Source of the DNA: Nanobdellota archaeon
Lineage (GTDB): Archaea > Nanobdellota > Nanobdellia > Parvarchaeales > Parvarchaeaceae
DNA length: 56,265 nt
Reading direction: 5' to 3'
Assembly (NCBI GenBank): GCA_021791655.1
Contig: JAJYWD010000004.1
Location: 1-56,265, forward strand
Notes under the pieces: generated by a model
What the model was told of the DNA's origin: nothing
Seen by the model: the letters and a program-made list of their open reading frames with translations, nothing else
Database searches by the model: none
Shown: piece by piece, positions 28,013 to 37,342 of the stretch
How positions within the stretch are numbered: the first letter of the stretch is position 1
How the letters are laid out: every line of letters starts with the position of its first letter
Position numbers and translations under genes: made by a program

Positions 28013-30619
28013 TCAGTCGTGAGACAGCAGAAAGTCCCCCTTGTCTTCTACCACCTTGTGCTCTTTCGTAAGCAACGCTCTTATGTTATCACTTTTAGGG
28101 TACCCTACGCTTATGCTCTTGCCGCTTATCACTACAGCCCTCTCCCCGGGTGCCTTTTGGGCGTTTTTTAGTACCTTTATCATTACGCCGGCGTTTTCCA
28201 CATCGGTGCGCAGTGCTATGGGATCTTTTTGATCGGACTTTATTATATTATAATATAGCCTTTCTTCCTCCGCGCGTTCATACAGTTCCCTGTATCTTTT
28301 GTAGTCAGAGAAGAACCTGTTGGCAGTTTTGTATATCTCTTCGTATTTTACGCCCCACAATCTGCTCAAGCTTCTGGCTGTCTCATCCAGGCTCTGGACA
28401 TAAGCTATCGCTGGCCTGTATGCTGCAAATTCTAGTCTCACCACCCCATCCTGTATTCTCTCGCTCTTCATTATTTTTATCAAGCCCACCTGTCCCGTTC
28501 TGTTGCAGTGCAGTCCGCCGCAGGCTTCCGCATCATAAGACCCTATTTTTACAATCCTTATGTTAGCACTCGGTGCGGTTCCGCCCTGATAGATATTCAT
28601 CCCGTATCTGCTTTCCGCTTCTGTGCGGCCCATCACTTCAGACGAGATTTCCATATCCGAGGCAACCACATCGTTTGCTAACCTCTCTATAGCTAGTAAC
28701 TGCTCGTCCGACAGTTTGTCATAGTACGTTATATCAAGCCTTGCCGAGTCCACATCCTTCTCCGCCCCTGCCTGGTTTACAAATTCGCCAAGAATTTTTT
28801 TCGCTGCCCTGTTTATTATATGTGTAGCGGTGTGGTGGCGCCTTAGTAACTCTCTCCTTTCCGAGTCTATCTTTAGCTTTACCGTATCCCCGATGCCCTT
28901 TTTAATTTCGCTATCCAAAAAGTGCACTATCACGCCATCGTATATCCTGACGTCATTTACTTTTACGCTATCGATATAGCCGCCATCAGGCTTCTGTCCA
29001 CCCATTTCGGGATAAAATATGGTCTTGTTTAGTATTATTCTGTGAGCGTCCAATTTCTTTACCATTTTCGCGCTGGTTTCCAGAAGACCCTCATTGTAGA
29101 AGAGCTTTTCTGTTTCCTTTATGTTTGTGGTGTCGACGCCTATGCCGGGTCCCCTTGGCGTGCGTCGTCTGTTTATTTCTTCCAATTCTTCCGGTGGCAG
29201 TTTGATCTCGGCCCCCATTTCCTCCGCTTTAGCCTTTATTTCCTCCCTTGTTATGCCGTGTGATTCGTACAGAGTTCTGATTTTATCATTGCTTATCGCG
29301 CCCCCCTCTACCAAGGATGATAAAAGTTTACTGTTCCTCTGTTTGAACTCGGAATAACGCCCCGTTTCTTTATCCATGACCCCGTTTATATCGTAATCGT
29401 TAAGCTCCCTAAACCACCCACCGAATTCCCGTTTATGTTCTTCGATAAGTTCGTTCAGATCCACGCCGAGTTCGTTCCTCTCAATCAGATTAAGCGATCT
29501 CCTTATCAGTCTCCTGATGTTGTATCCGCCGCCAACGTTGCTAGGGAGTGCGCCGTCGTGTACGCTAACCAGGATAGTTCTTGCATGGTCCGCCACCGAA
29601 TAGACGGCCTGCATACGCCTTAAGATCTTAGCGACCGCATCCTCTTTTGCATTTAGTTTACCCGCGATTTCTTTTATAACGCTGCTAAGCGGCACCGAAT
29701 TGAAATCCGTTCGCCCTGTTAATCTGTATATAGATTTTATCTGCTCTTCTTTATAGTCGATACCCGCCTTGTTTTTTATCAATTCTATAACTCTTGGGAA
29801 AGCAGCCTCATACACGGTTGGCGTGCCGCCGCTTAACCACGCCCAGCGCTCTAAGCCCGCACCCATGTCTATTGTTTTTGTGGGTAGGTCTTTCATGCCG
29901 TTTGCTTCCAGTTTGTACCGCATGTAAACCTGATTTCCAAGTTCCAATCCACCAGCGAAGAATTCGAGGGAATTCCCGGCGTAGCCCGCGCCCACCCAAG
30001 CGTCTTCAACGTACGTCAGTTCGTCCTGCTTTATGTACAGCCCGTCGATCAACCAGGTGTTTATGTACTTTATAGCCTCATCTGCGAAGTATGTTTTCTT
30101 TTTTTTCGTATTGAACGCAGCTTCCTCTGCCATTATGAAACTAGTAAGGTGTCTGCCACTCAAGCCAATATTTTCTATGTCATTGAAGCGCAGGCAAATC
30201 TGCGGTATTACGAGCGGATTCGCTGGAGGCTCCGCTTCACCATTTATTACATATGGGGCGAAATCGTCTATGGCTGCCTCAACGAAGAAAATGTCGTCCC
30301 GCCATCTCGCCACCACGGGGTAGCGTTTTATCTCTTTATGCCCGAATTTAGAAAATACTTTGCTGAACCTTGTCCATATCTCTTGGTATCTCATCTTGCT
30401 AGCGCTTATGCGCTTATATAGAAAAGAGTAGTCGCCAGTGCACTCAACGTCGCCGCACGTGTCCCTTTTGTTCACGCTCCAGAAATTCTTCTTGCAGACA
30501 GAACACATATATCGGTTATAGCCCATTGCGGTTAGCGATTCGAACGGTACGAATTTCCTTGGAGTCTTCCTTATGCTGGTGATTATCGACTGTTTTAGCC
30601 CATCGGAATTCATATGCAT
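28013..30619 (-). CDS. alaS: Alanyl-tRNA synthetase
   Basis: RYPVVARWRDD, GLELGN, DMGAGLER, HHTATH, ACGGLH. Confidence 0.97.
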   Translation of the reverse strand: MHMNSDGLKQSIITSIRKTPRKFVPFESLTAMGYNRYMCSVCKKNFWSVNKRDTCGDVECTGDYSFLYKRISASKMRYQEIWTRFSKVFSKFGHKEIKRYPVVARWRDDIFFVEAAIDDFAPYVINGEAEPPANPLVIPQICLRFNDIENIGLSGRHLTSFIMAEEAAFNTKKKKTYFADEAIKYINTWLIDGLYIKQDELTYVEDAWVGAGYAGNSLEFFAGGLELGNQVYMRYKLEANGMKDLPTKTIDMGAGLERWAWLSGGTPTVYEAAFPRVIELIKNKAGIDYKEEQIKSIYRLTGRTDFNSVPLSSVIKEIAGKLNAKEDAVAKILRRMQAVYSVADHARTILVSVHDGALPSNVGGGYNIRRLIRRSLNLIERNELGVDLNELIEEHKREFGGWFRELNDYDINGVMDKETGRYSEFKQRNSKLLSSLVEGGAISNDKIRTLYESHGITREEIKAKAEEMGAEIKLPPEELEEINRRRTPRGPGIGVDTTNIKETEKLFYNEGLLETSAKMVKKLDAHRIILNKTIFYPEMGGQKPDGGYIDSVKVNDVRIYDGVIVHFLDSEIKKGIGDTVKLKIDSERRELLRRHHTATHIINRAAKKILGEFVNQAGAEKDVDSARLDITYYDKLSDEQLLAIERLANDVVASDMEISSEVMGRTEAESRYGMNIYQGGTAPSANIRIVKIGSYDAEACGGLHCNRTGQVGLIKIMKSERIQDGVVRLEFAAYRPAIAYVQSLDETARSLSRLWGVKYEEIYKTANRFFSDYKRYRELYERAEEERLYYNIIKSDQKDPIALRTDVENAGVMIKVLKNAQKAPGERAVVISGKSISVGYPKSDNIRALLTKEHKVVEDKGDFLLSHD

Positions 30620-30731
30620 TTTAATAAAGCGACAATATTGTGATTATTCCCTCGGATTTAAATCTGCATTGTTGGCAGTAACGTACTATATAGCATTCTC
30701 ATTGCGATTATGTGAGTCGATGGATATTTAA

Positions 30732-30815
30732 CGTCTTGGAGAATGCAAACTCTGCTTGCAGTTTCTCGAACCTTCAGCGGTTCCAGACGCCATGCAATCA
30801 AGTGTGCTTGATTGC
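30732..30815 (+). promoter_or_regulatory. Putative structured 5' leader RNA of mdh
   Basis: Closing stem CGTCT-G/CAGACG around hairpins GAGAA-TGCAA..TTGCA-TTCTC and GAACC..GGTTC, then GCAATCAAG-TGTG-CTTGATTGC. Confidence 0.45.
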
Positions 30816-30884
30816 TTAAGTTCGAAATCCTGTACTAATCCATTTGGTGCTCACGTTTTTATTTTGGTGATTACTTTATTTTTC

Positions 30885-31811
30885 ATGTCTCGTATATCTT
30901 TTATAGGCATAGGAAGAATAGGACAGACAATCGCTTACGCTGTTTTGACCAGCGGCTTTGCGGACGAAGTAGTTCTTTACGACCGAGATGCGGAAAAAAC
31001 GGATAAGTTTAAGCAAGAGCTTCTTCATGCATTAGCCACTCTGGAAGTAAAAACCAAGATTATCACAACTTCTTCACTCGGGGCTGTGGATAATTCTGAT
31101 GTGGTGGTCATAAGCGCGGGCATACCGCGTAAGCCGGGCGATGATAGGAGGGACTTATTTAAGAGGAACGCTTCCTTGATGAAAGAATTTGCCGAGAGCC
31201 TACCAAAAACTAATCCAAATGCGAAGTACGTTATGGTATCGAACCCAGTGGACATGATGGCTTCGGTGTTTATGAAATTTTCTGGCAAGTTCATAATAAG
31301 CAGCGGCACGCAGGTAGAAACAATGAGAATGCGCTCGTTCATAGCGGAAAAATTGGGCATACCAGTGACTAAGGTTGACGGCTTTGTTGCTGGGGAACAT
31401 GGCGATGCAGCAGCGTTTTTGTGGGACACCGTCACAATAGACGGCATTGAATTTGACAAGATGGCCAATGACAAACTGAGCAGGACTGAAGTTGAGAAGT
31501 ATGTTAAAGAAGTGGCCGCTCAGATAATAGCCGTCATAGGGTCTACTACGTGGGGGCCGGCAACAGTAATAAAAGACATAGTAAAAGCCATAATCACGAA
31601 CGAAAATCGGGTCATGAGCGTTGCGGTACCAGTGAAATATGACGATGAGACAATACACATAGGCATCCCGACAGTCATAGGCAATGAGATAGGCCCGTCC
31701 ATAGAGCATTCGCTTTCAGAAGAAGACGTGGCAAAGTTGGAGAATGCAAAGAAAGAGGTATACGCCGCTTACAAACAATTGCTAGACGATTTCCTGGCCA
31801 GCACCAAATGA
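30885..31811 (+). CDS. mdh: Malate dehydrogenase (LDH-like family)
   Basis: GIGRIG, AGIPRKPGDDRRDL (Arg specificity residue), NPVD, GEHGD; ATG 30885. Confidence 0.88.
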   Translation: MSRISFIGIGRIGQTIAYAVLTSGFADEVVLYDRDAEKTDKFKQELLHALATLEVKTKIITTSSLGAVDNSDVVVISAGIPRKPGDDRRDLFKRNASLMKEFAESLPKTNPNAKYVMVSNPVDMMASVFMKFSGKFIISSGTQVETMRMRSFIAEKLGIPVTKVDGFVAGEHGDAAAFLWDTVTIDGIEFDKMANDKLSRTEVEKYVKEVAAQIIAVIGSTTWGPATVIKDIVKAIITNENRVMSVAVPVKYDDETIHIGIPTVIGNEIGPSIEHSLSEEDVAKLENAKKEVYAAYKQLLDDFLASTK

Positions 31812-32447
31812 CATTTCTTCCAGAAAACCCTGTACGGTCCTTTGAACGCTCTTGCTGACTTCCTCTTCCGGCTTATCCCCGTTTATTACTCTGAAATTAA
31901 AGGCCTTAGAAAGCTCCAGATACTTGTCTCTTACGGCTTTAAGCACGGATTCCCTTTCGAAGAGTTCCGCTTCTTTCCTGTTGTGGTTTATTCTATGCAA
32001 CGCTACTTCCGCCGGTATATCTATATACAGTGTCAAATCCGGTATCCTGAAGTACTTAAGGATATCATAAAGCATCTCTTTCTTTACGCCGGAAGAAGTG
32101 CCGTAAGCAATTGTAGAAAACATGTAGCGGTCTGATATCACTATCTCGTTGTTAGCGAGGTGCGGTTCTACTTCCCGGTCTATATGGTCTGCGCGGTCGG
32201 CCCAGAACAGCAATTGCAGCGCTCTCTGTGACACTACCTTCTCCTTCCTTAACACGCTTCTTATGAATAATCCCGCATCACCGGAAGACGGCTCCTTTGT
32301 GCTGTAAACTGTATACCCTCTGTCGCACAGGTACCTCTCTAAGTTCTTCATTATAGTCGTCTTGCCGCTGCCGTCTATCCCTTCTAAAACTATGAAAAGG
32401 CCTTTTTCGTTGGGTTTTTCTCTTTTTGGTGCGCTGTCGTCTTGCAT
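31782..32447 (-). CDS. tmk: Thymidylate kinase
   Basis: EGIDGSGKTT, KEP, ADR.DH, SDRY..S..AYG. Confidence 0.96.
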   Translation of the reverse strand: MQDDSAPKREKPNEKGLFIVLEGIDGSGKTTIMKNLERYLCDRGYTVYSTKEPSSGDAGLFIRSVLRKEKVVSQRALQLLFWADRADHIDREVEPHLANNEIVISDRYMFSTIAYGTSSGVKKEMLYDILKYFRIPDLTLYIDIPAEVALHRINHNRKEAELFERESVLKAVRDKYLELSKAFNFRVINGDKPEEEVSKSVQRTVQGFLEEMSFGAGQEIV

Positions 32448-32581
32448 GTTTAAATTTAATTAGCCGCGTTAATAAACTTTACTACCTTTTATAGTGTTTT
32501 TGGCGTCCCAGATTGCATTTTCTTTTTTGTAACACAGTGCGTATCCGTAAGTGCAATATACTAAAAACGTCACATCACCGT

Positions 32582-32830
32582 ATGGAACGCAATGACGAAC
32601 TTGTACTATAGTTTCATGACATAAGAAAAGAAGACACTCCGCTCGCGGGGCGGGTCTGCTAACTTAAGTGAGATCATCGGTGCCACAAAAGCGCCGGTAC
32701 CGAATGGATTTTCCATGACTGCGCACGCGTTCAACGATTTCATTAAGATGAATAACCTGGAAAGTAAGATAAACGACGTCCTAAAATGCATAAATGAGGA
32801 GAACAGCAAGCAATTAGTCTGTGCCGGACT
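32582..32830 (+). pseudogene. ppsA: Truncated phosphoenolpyruvate synthase N-terminus
   Basis: MERNDELVL*FHDIRKEDTPLAG/fs/SANLSEII...PVPNGFSMTAHAFNDFI; stop, frameshift and truncation. Confidence 0.82.
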
Positions 32831-32846
32831 TAGAACACTGAATAAT

Positions 32847-33143
32847 CTATCCCTTGTTTTGCATCTCTTGTATTTGGGCTGTCAGTGAATCGATTGTTTT
32901 ATCTATTGATTTTAGTCTTATCTCAAGTATCTGTATCCTGTCCCTTAGGCTTTCGGCTATTTCCTTCTTGTCCTTGCTCATAAGTATCTGACCCACAAGT
33001 TCGTACAATTTCTCCCCCTCTGGCACTTTGTCTACCTCTTCAAGCGTGTGTTTGGTTTCATTGTACTGCAGTTGTAGGGTCTGTTTCTGGGTAGTGCTGA
33101 CCTGCAATTGTTGCCTGAGTTTCTCAAAGTCCTCCTCGTTCAT
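32847..33143 (-). CDS. pfdB: Prefoldin beta subunit
   Basis: Coiled coil with LYELVGQILM hairpin; L37ae-RpoP-Pcc1 context. Confidence 0.92.
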   Translation of the reverse strand: MNEEDFEKLRQQLQVSTTQKQTLQLQYNETKHTLEEVDKVPEGEKLYELVGQILMSKDKKEIAESLRDRIQILEIRLKSIDKTIDSLTAQIQEMQNKG

Positions 33144-33370
33144 AATGAATTCATCTCACTGAACAGCTTTATACTGTTCATACAAGTATTAACTATCGAG
33201 CGGGCTATATTAATACTCTTAGATTTTACTTGTATTCGAAGGGTACCTTTATCTATGGAGACCTTGGTTTCGACTTCGTCGTCCTTTGCTGCTATGTCAG
33301 AAAGCCCCGCGAGTGCGGATTCCGAAAAGTCCTTATCTCCCTCGAGTTTTATGTCAACTGTGAGAATCAT
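33140..33370 (-). CDS. pcc1: KEOPS subunit Pcc1
   Basis: L.I.V.S..I..ARS.VNT pattern; position between rpoP and pfdB. Confidence 0.75.
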   Translation of the reverse strand: MILTVDIKLEGDKDFSESALAGLSDIAAKDDEVETKVSIDKGTLRIQVKSKSINIARSIVNTCMNSIKLFSEMNSL

Positions 33371-33511
33371 CTAAACAGCCTTTACGTGCCGACCGCCCTC
33401 TGGACGCTTTTTCATGAGTATCCTACCGCCGCAGTATTGGCACCTGATAGTTTCTTCTACTTCCTTTGACTCTATCGTAGCACTGCAGTAGAAACAAGTG
33501 TATTTAGCCAT
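33371..33511 (-). CDS. rpoP: RNA polymerase subunit P (Rpo12), not in ORF track
   Basis: MAKYTCFYCSATIESKEVEETIRCQYCGGRILMKKRPEGGRHVKAV* (46 aa). Confidence 0.93.
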   Translation of the reverse strand: MAKYTCFYCSATIESKEVEETIRCQYCGGRILMKKRPEGGRHVKAV

Positions 33512-33512
33512 A

Positions 33513-33710
33513 TTACCTTATACTTGACACAGACAGCGAATAAGCATTATCGGCAATCTTGAGACCGCACTTTTTACAAATCCAAATGCCACTGCTAGCC
33601 CTCCTTATTGATAAGCGTTTGCATCTGGGGCATTTATACTTTTTGCTCCTCATTTCCTTTATAAGATCTAGGTCTTTCCTTACGCTTACGCCGTATCTTA
33701 CCGTGCGCAT
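33513..33710 (-). CDS. rpl37ae: 50S ribosomal protein L37ae
   Basis: RYG..VRK, CPRC, R.SSGIW.CKKCG. Confidence 0.95.
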   Translation of the reverse strand: MRTVRYGVSVRKDLDLIKEMRSKKYKCPRCKRLSIRRASSGIWICKKCGLKIADNAYSLSVSSIR

Positions 33711-33760
33711 AATCCAACCTTTAAGTCCTTATCATATTTAAGCGTTTTTTGCATGTTTAT

Positions 33761-33930
33761 AAAGTGTGAGCGGGAAAACCCACGCCATTCAGGGGTGGGA
33801 TGAGAGCAAACACAGAAAATGGAAAACATAAATAGCAGAAGTGGTAAAATAACAACATGTTGACAGCGTACAAGTTCAGGTCGTATCCGAACGAGGAGCA
33901 GAAAGAGACGCTCTCATGTGGAGACGTCAC
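33761..33930 (+). mobile_element. Internally deleted IS200/IS605-family element with tnpB 5' stub
   Basis: Follows TTAT; end hairpin CCCAC...GTGGG; MLTAYKFRSYPNEEQKETL from 33857; ends in GTCAC. Confidence 0.85.
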
Positions 33931-33952
33931 ACCTTTGTTTTCATAATAAAGT

Positions 33953-34903
33953 ATGCAAAAATTTATTATACTTGCCGTTGTAGTCGCCCTAGTTTCCGTA
34001 CTTCCAGTGCATGCGTTTAACTATACCGGCACTTATTCTGCCATAAATGTGACGAACGTAATAGTGCCACAACTGTACGGTAATTCTACGATAGACGTAA
34101 CGTATAATTTTTCAGTGTTAAACGCGCCGGCTACTGTTTACGTGCCGATACCCGGAAATGCGTACAATATACAGTTTTATGCAAACGGGGTACAGACCCC
34201 GATTAGGGAGACGACGACAGGCAATCATACACTAGTAGCCATAAGTGGCATAAACGTGCAGCAGCCGCTTACTCTCTCGTTCTCTTATAAAACAGACATA
34301 CCTTCCAGTGGAAACATTTTTAACTACACCTTCAATTTTACCGTCTTCAGCTTCATAAGCGCACTGAATGTAAACACGATCCTGCCACAGGATTCTTTTC
34401 TGCCGTCGGGATGTAACCCCAGTTGTAAGTTCTATCAAGATCGGGGCGCCATAACCGTATCGTGGCGGTCTTTTAATCAGTCGTACAGCCCTTCACAAGA
34501 TTATTCCTTCGTTGTTCCGTTCCACGTTTCTTATTCTTGGACATCGTCATCAGCGTCTCAAGGGCTGCTCGGTGTCCCTTACTACATACTAGCGATAATC
34601 GCCGCTGTTGTGATAATAACGGTATTGTCAGTTCTTCTCTTCCATAGAAGACCCGCAGTCCGTGCAGACCGGCCGAAAACAGCGCCACATAAAAGGTCCA
34701 GTCCTTTCCTTTCCCTCCTGAACACGGATGAAAAGAAACTATTGTCCTTCATAAGATTCGACAAATTCAGGACACAAGGGGAAGTCATGAAAGAGACTGG
34801 CTTTTCGAAGTCAAAAGTGAGCAAGATAGTTTCCAAACTTATGCGTTACAGGCTGATAAAAGTGATGTACGATGGCAGAGTAAATAAGCTCAAAAGAAAG
34901 TGA
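33953..34903 (+). CDS. Membrane-anchored protein with extracellular domain and C-terminal HTH (COG2512-like)
   Basis: Signal peptide, beta-rich domain, TM, then LNTDEK...TQGE...TGFSKSKVSKIV. Confidence 0.82.
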   Translation: MQKFIILAVVVALVSVLPVHAFNYTGTYSAINVTNVIVPQLYGNSTIDVTYNFSVLNAPATVYVPIPGNAYNIQFYANGVQTPIRETTTGNHTLVAISGINVQQPLTLSFSYKTDIPSSGNIFNYTFNFTVFSFISALNVNTILPQDSFLPSGCNPSCKFYQDRGAITVSWRSFNQSYSPSQDYSFVVPFHVSYSWTSSSASQGLLGVPYYILAIIAAVVIITVLSVLLFHRRPAVRADRPKTAPHKRSSPFLSLLNTDEKKLLSFIRFDKFRTQGEVMKETGFSKSKVSKIVSKLMRYRLIKVMYDGRVNKLKRK

Positions 34904-35250
34904 ATATGCTAAACAAGCTCAAGGGCTACAGAATAGAGCGGAAAATACGGTTGCTGCTTGAAAAGGGCGGCTGGGAAGTCGTTAGGTCTGGCGGCAGCCT
35001 TGGCATTTATGATTTAATTGCATTCAGAGATGGGAAATGTCTGTTTTTTCAAGTAAAGTCAACGAAGAAGAACAAATTCTACTATTCTGGTTATTCGAAA
35101 GCTAGGTTCGTAGGATTTCCTTTCCTTTTGGTGGTAGATTTTGGGAGAAACGTGATAAGGGTAATGGAACCCAGCCACATCGTAGACAGATCTGCGGGCC
35201 TCGACATACATGATTTTCTGCATAATCTGCGTGGAAACAGTTTCCAATAG
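34900..35250 (+). CDS. hjc: Holliday junction resolvase
   Basis: KG...ER, G..VVRSGGS, DLIA, QVKST. Confidence 0.9.
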   Translation: MNMLNKLKGYRIERKIRLLLEKGGWEVVRSGGSLGIYDLIAFRDGKCLFFQVKSTKKNKFYYSGYSKARFVGFPFLLVVDFGRNVIRVMEPSHIVDRSAGLDIHDFLHNLRGNSFQ

Positions 35251-35379
35251 TTTCTCAGGATACTTTTAATAGACACATCTTTAAAGATTTATTATAATTA
35301 GATTATTGAGCTTGAGTGTAACTCGGACCTCATCGCTCAATAATCTATTTATTTTTATAATCTCCTTTGTTTTCTTTAC

Positions 35380-35553
35380 TTACAACAAGGCTTTAGCAGC
35401 GGCTACCGCCGCTATTATTATTACTCCCAGAAATATGACTATTTTCGGTTTTATCGTTATTTTGCTCTTGTACTCCGAATAATACTGAACTAGCCCACCG
35501 AATGAGTTGGGCATTGTAGACTGTCCATGTTTTCCATTTAATCCCCATTTCAT
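35380..35553 (-). CDS. secG: Preprotein translocase Sec61-beta, not in ORF track
   Basis: ...MPNSFGGLVQYYSEYKSKITIKPKIVIFLGVIIIAAVAAAKALL*; start codon uncertain. Confidence 0.85.
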   Translation of the reverse strand: MKWGLNGKHGQSTMPNSFGGLVQYYSEYKSKITIKPKIVIFLGVIIIAAVAAAKALL

Positions 35554-35567
35554 ATTCAAATCTTTAA

Positions 35568-36104
35568 TTATGCTTTATTATTAAACTTTTCTACGTGTAG
35601 TATCTCCTTGAGTTGCGGTACTGACATATCATACTGCCGTTGCTCTGTACTGGCATACCCTATAGGTATAATGCCCCGGATTATATACTCTTTTGGTATA
35701 CCCAATAGATCCTTTATCTGATCCTGGTCCGGGTTCGCTATCCAGGCGGTACCGAGGCCAAGCTCTCCGCACAACAAGAATAAGTTCTCTATAGCCATAG
35801 CAGCGTTTTCCGCGCACAAAAATCCGGCGTCTTCCTCGCCAAATACTGCTGATATCTTCCTGGGATCGCAAACCGTAACCACAAAAATCGGTGCACTGTC
35901 TATTTTTGGCGTTAGCGCAGCCCTGCTTATCGCAGTTTTCATTTCTTTGTCGCTTACCACGATAAATTCGTATTCGTGTATGCTCCCAGCTGCGGGTGCA
36001 AGCCTGGCTGCGTCTAGAACCTTTATTATTATTGCATCGTCAACGCCCTTGTTTGAAAATGCGTAGGTGGTTTTCCTGTCCTTTATAATCTCGTACACGC
36101 CCAT
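35568..36104 (-). CDS. Nitroreductase family protein
   Basis: I..R.T...F, AARLAP, AIENL.L....LGLGTAW, IPIGY. Confidence 0.92.
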   Translation of the reverse strand: MGVYEIIKDRKTTYAFSNKGVDDAIIIKVLDAARLAPAAGSIHEYEFIVVSDKEMKTAISRAALTPKIDSAPIFVVTVCDPRKISAVFGEEDAGFLCAENAAMAIENLFLLCGELGLGTAWIANPDQDQIKDLLGIPKEYIIRGIIPIGYASTEQRQYDMSVPQLKEILHVEKFNNKA

Positions 36105-36158
36105 AGCAACTATTAGAATTAGTCACCTTATATTCTTTTGATGCATTTTTATTTGAAA

Positions 36159-36242
36159 TGGACCGGGAGGGATTTGAACCCTCAGCCTCCGCCATTTTCG
36201 ATATCTTGCGAAAGCGGCGTCATGCCGTTAGACCACCGGCCC
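36159..36242 (-). tRNA. tRNA-Ala (CGC) with 12-nt intron at 37/38 (36195..36206)
   Basis: G3-U70 in GGGCCGG/CCGGTCC; loop TT-CGC-A[AGATATCGAAAA]T; central helix TTCG/CGAA. Confidence 0.93.
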
Positions 36243-36361
36243 CTGCACTAAAGAAACACAAAGCTCAAATTTAAACAATGAAAAGACGTGGAATCATTGC
36301 ACAAATAGCGTTTTACTGACACAATGCAGATACATTTAAAACGTATGAAGTATGTTCTTAT

Positions 36362-36408
36362 AAAGTGTGAGCGGGAAAGCCCATGGATCCATTCATGGGG
36401 GATGTCAC
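36362..36408 (+). mobile_element. 47-bp IS605-derived miniature (single hairpin)
   Basis: Same TTAT|AAAGTGTGAGCGGGAAA start as 33761; hairpin CCCATGGA-TCCA-TTCATGGG; ends GATGTCAC. Confidence 0.8.
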
Positions 36409-36446
36409 CTTGCTCTCGTTTTGAGTTAATGGCTTAATTTTGGTAT

Positions 36447-36896
36447 ATGGCAAGAGATTCGTTATACGGGCGCTTATCTGATGAGATTCTGCTTTATATC
36501 TTTTTGGGTTTCGTGCTAGCGGTTGGAGCGGCCAGATTATTCGTTCTGCTGTCTAACGGGGTGAACTTTGCGCTGGACGGAATATATATACACCACCTTT
36601 TCTTCGGTTTGGGTATAGTGATGTTAAGCGGAATCCTGTCATTTGTCCTGTACGACGCTAAAAATAAGGAGCTTTATAATAAATACCGCAAGTTTCTCGC
36701 CGGATTTTTCGGTTTCGGCGCAGGTCTTATAACCGACGAAGCCAGCCTCTTGGTGACGGTTGGCCAGACGTATACGCTGCCAAATTATTACAGTAGTATA
36801 AATTTCTATTCGGAATTGTCGGTAGTCGTAATACTGTTTATAGCCCTATTACTAAGAGAAGTCATGCGCGTGCGTTCTATTAGACAGTTAAGATAA
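36447..36896 (+). CDS. Conserved membrane protein
   Basis: About 4 TMs with IHHLFFG and GFG.GL..DE motifs. Confidence 0.78.
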   Translation: MARDSLYGRLSDEILLYIFLGFVLAVGAARLFVLLSNGVNFALDGIYIHHLFFGLGIVMLSGILSFVLYDAKNKELYNKYRKFLAGFFGFGAGLITDEASLLVTVGQTYTLPNYYSSINFYSELSVVVILFIALLLREVMRVRSIRQLR

Positions 36897-36929
36897 GTTT
36901 AAATGCTAAGGTTATCGTAATAACAAGAT

Positions 36930-37340
36930 ATGATAATAGACGGAGACGGCGCGGTGTTGGGTAGGCTTGCTTCTCAGGCTGCAAAAGCCGCACTGGAAGG
37001 GGAGAATGTAAACGTAATAAATGCGGAGAAAATAGTGATAGTCGGGGACAGGAACGTGATAATCAAGAAATACATGGGGAGAATAGAACTTGGGACGATG
37101 TCAAAAGGCCCGTTCATACATAGGACCGTCGAAGGCATAGTGAAAAGAGCTATCAGAGGCATGTTAAAGCGAAAGAGCGTGAGGGGTATGGATGCTCTAC
37201 GCCATGTAAAAGTCTTCAGGGGCATGCCGCCAGATTTAAACGATAACGAGAAAATCAGTGTGTCACATTTCCGTACGGATAAGCCCGTGCACAGGATGTC
37301 GATTGGCGACCTTTCGAACGTGATAAAATACCAAGGTTGA
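36930..37340 (+). CDS. rpl13: 50S ribosomal protein L13
   Basis: IDG...VLGRLAS, NAEK.VI.G, IRGML. Confidence 0.96.
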   Translation: MIIDGDGAVLGRLASQAAKAALEGENVNVINAEKIVIVGDRNVIIKKYMGRIELGTMSKGPFIHRTVEGIVKRAIRGMLKRKSVRGMDALRHVKVFRGMPPDLNDNEKISVSHFRTDKPVHRMSIGDLSNVIKYQG

Positions 37341-37342
37341 TT

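Noticed and set aside
23993-30619. Many antisense ORFs over ileS, prs and alaS (also over gltX and ftsY)
   Set aside because: Shadow frames of conserved genes with no motifs
15869-32830. TAG reassigned to Trp
   Set aside because: Core genes such as rpoP, rpl31e and pfdA end in TAG, and the affected genes also have frameshifts
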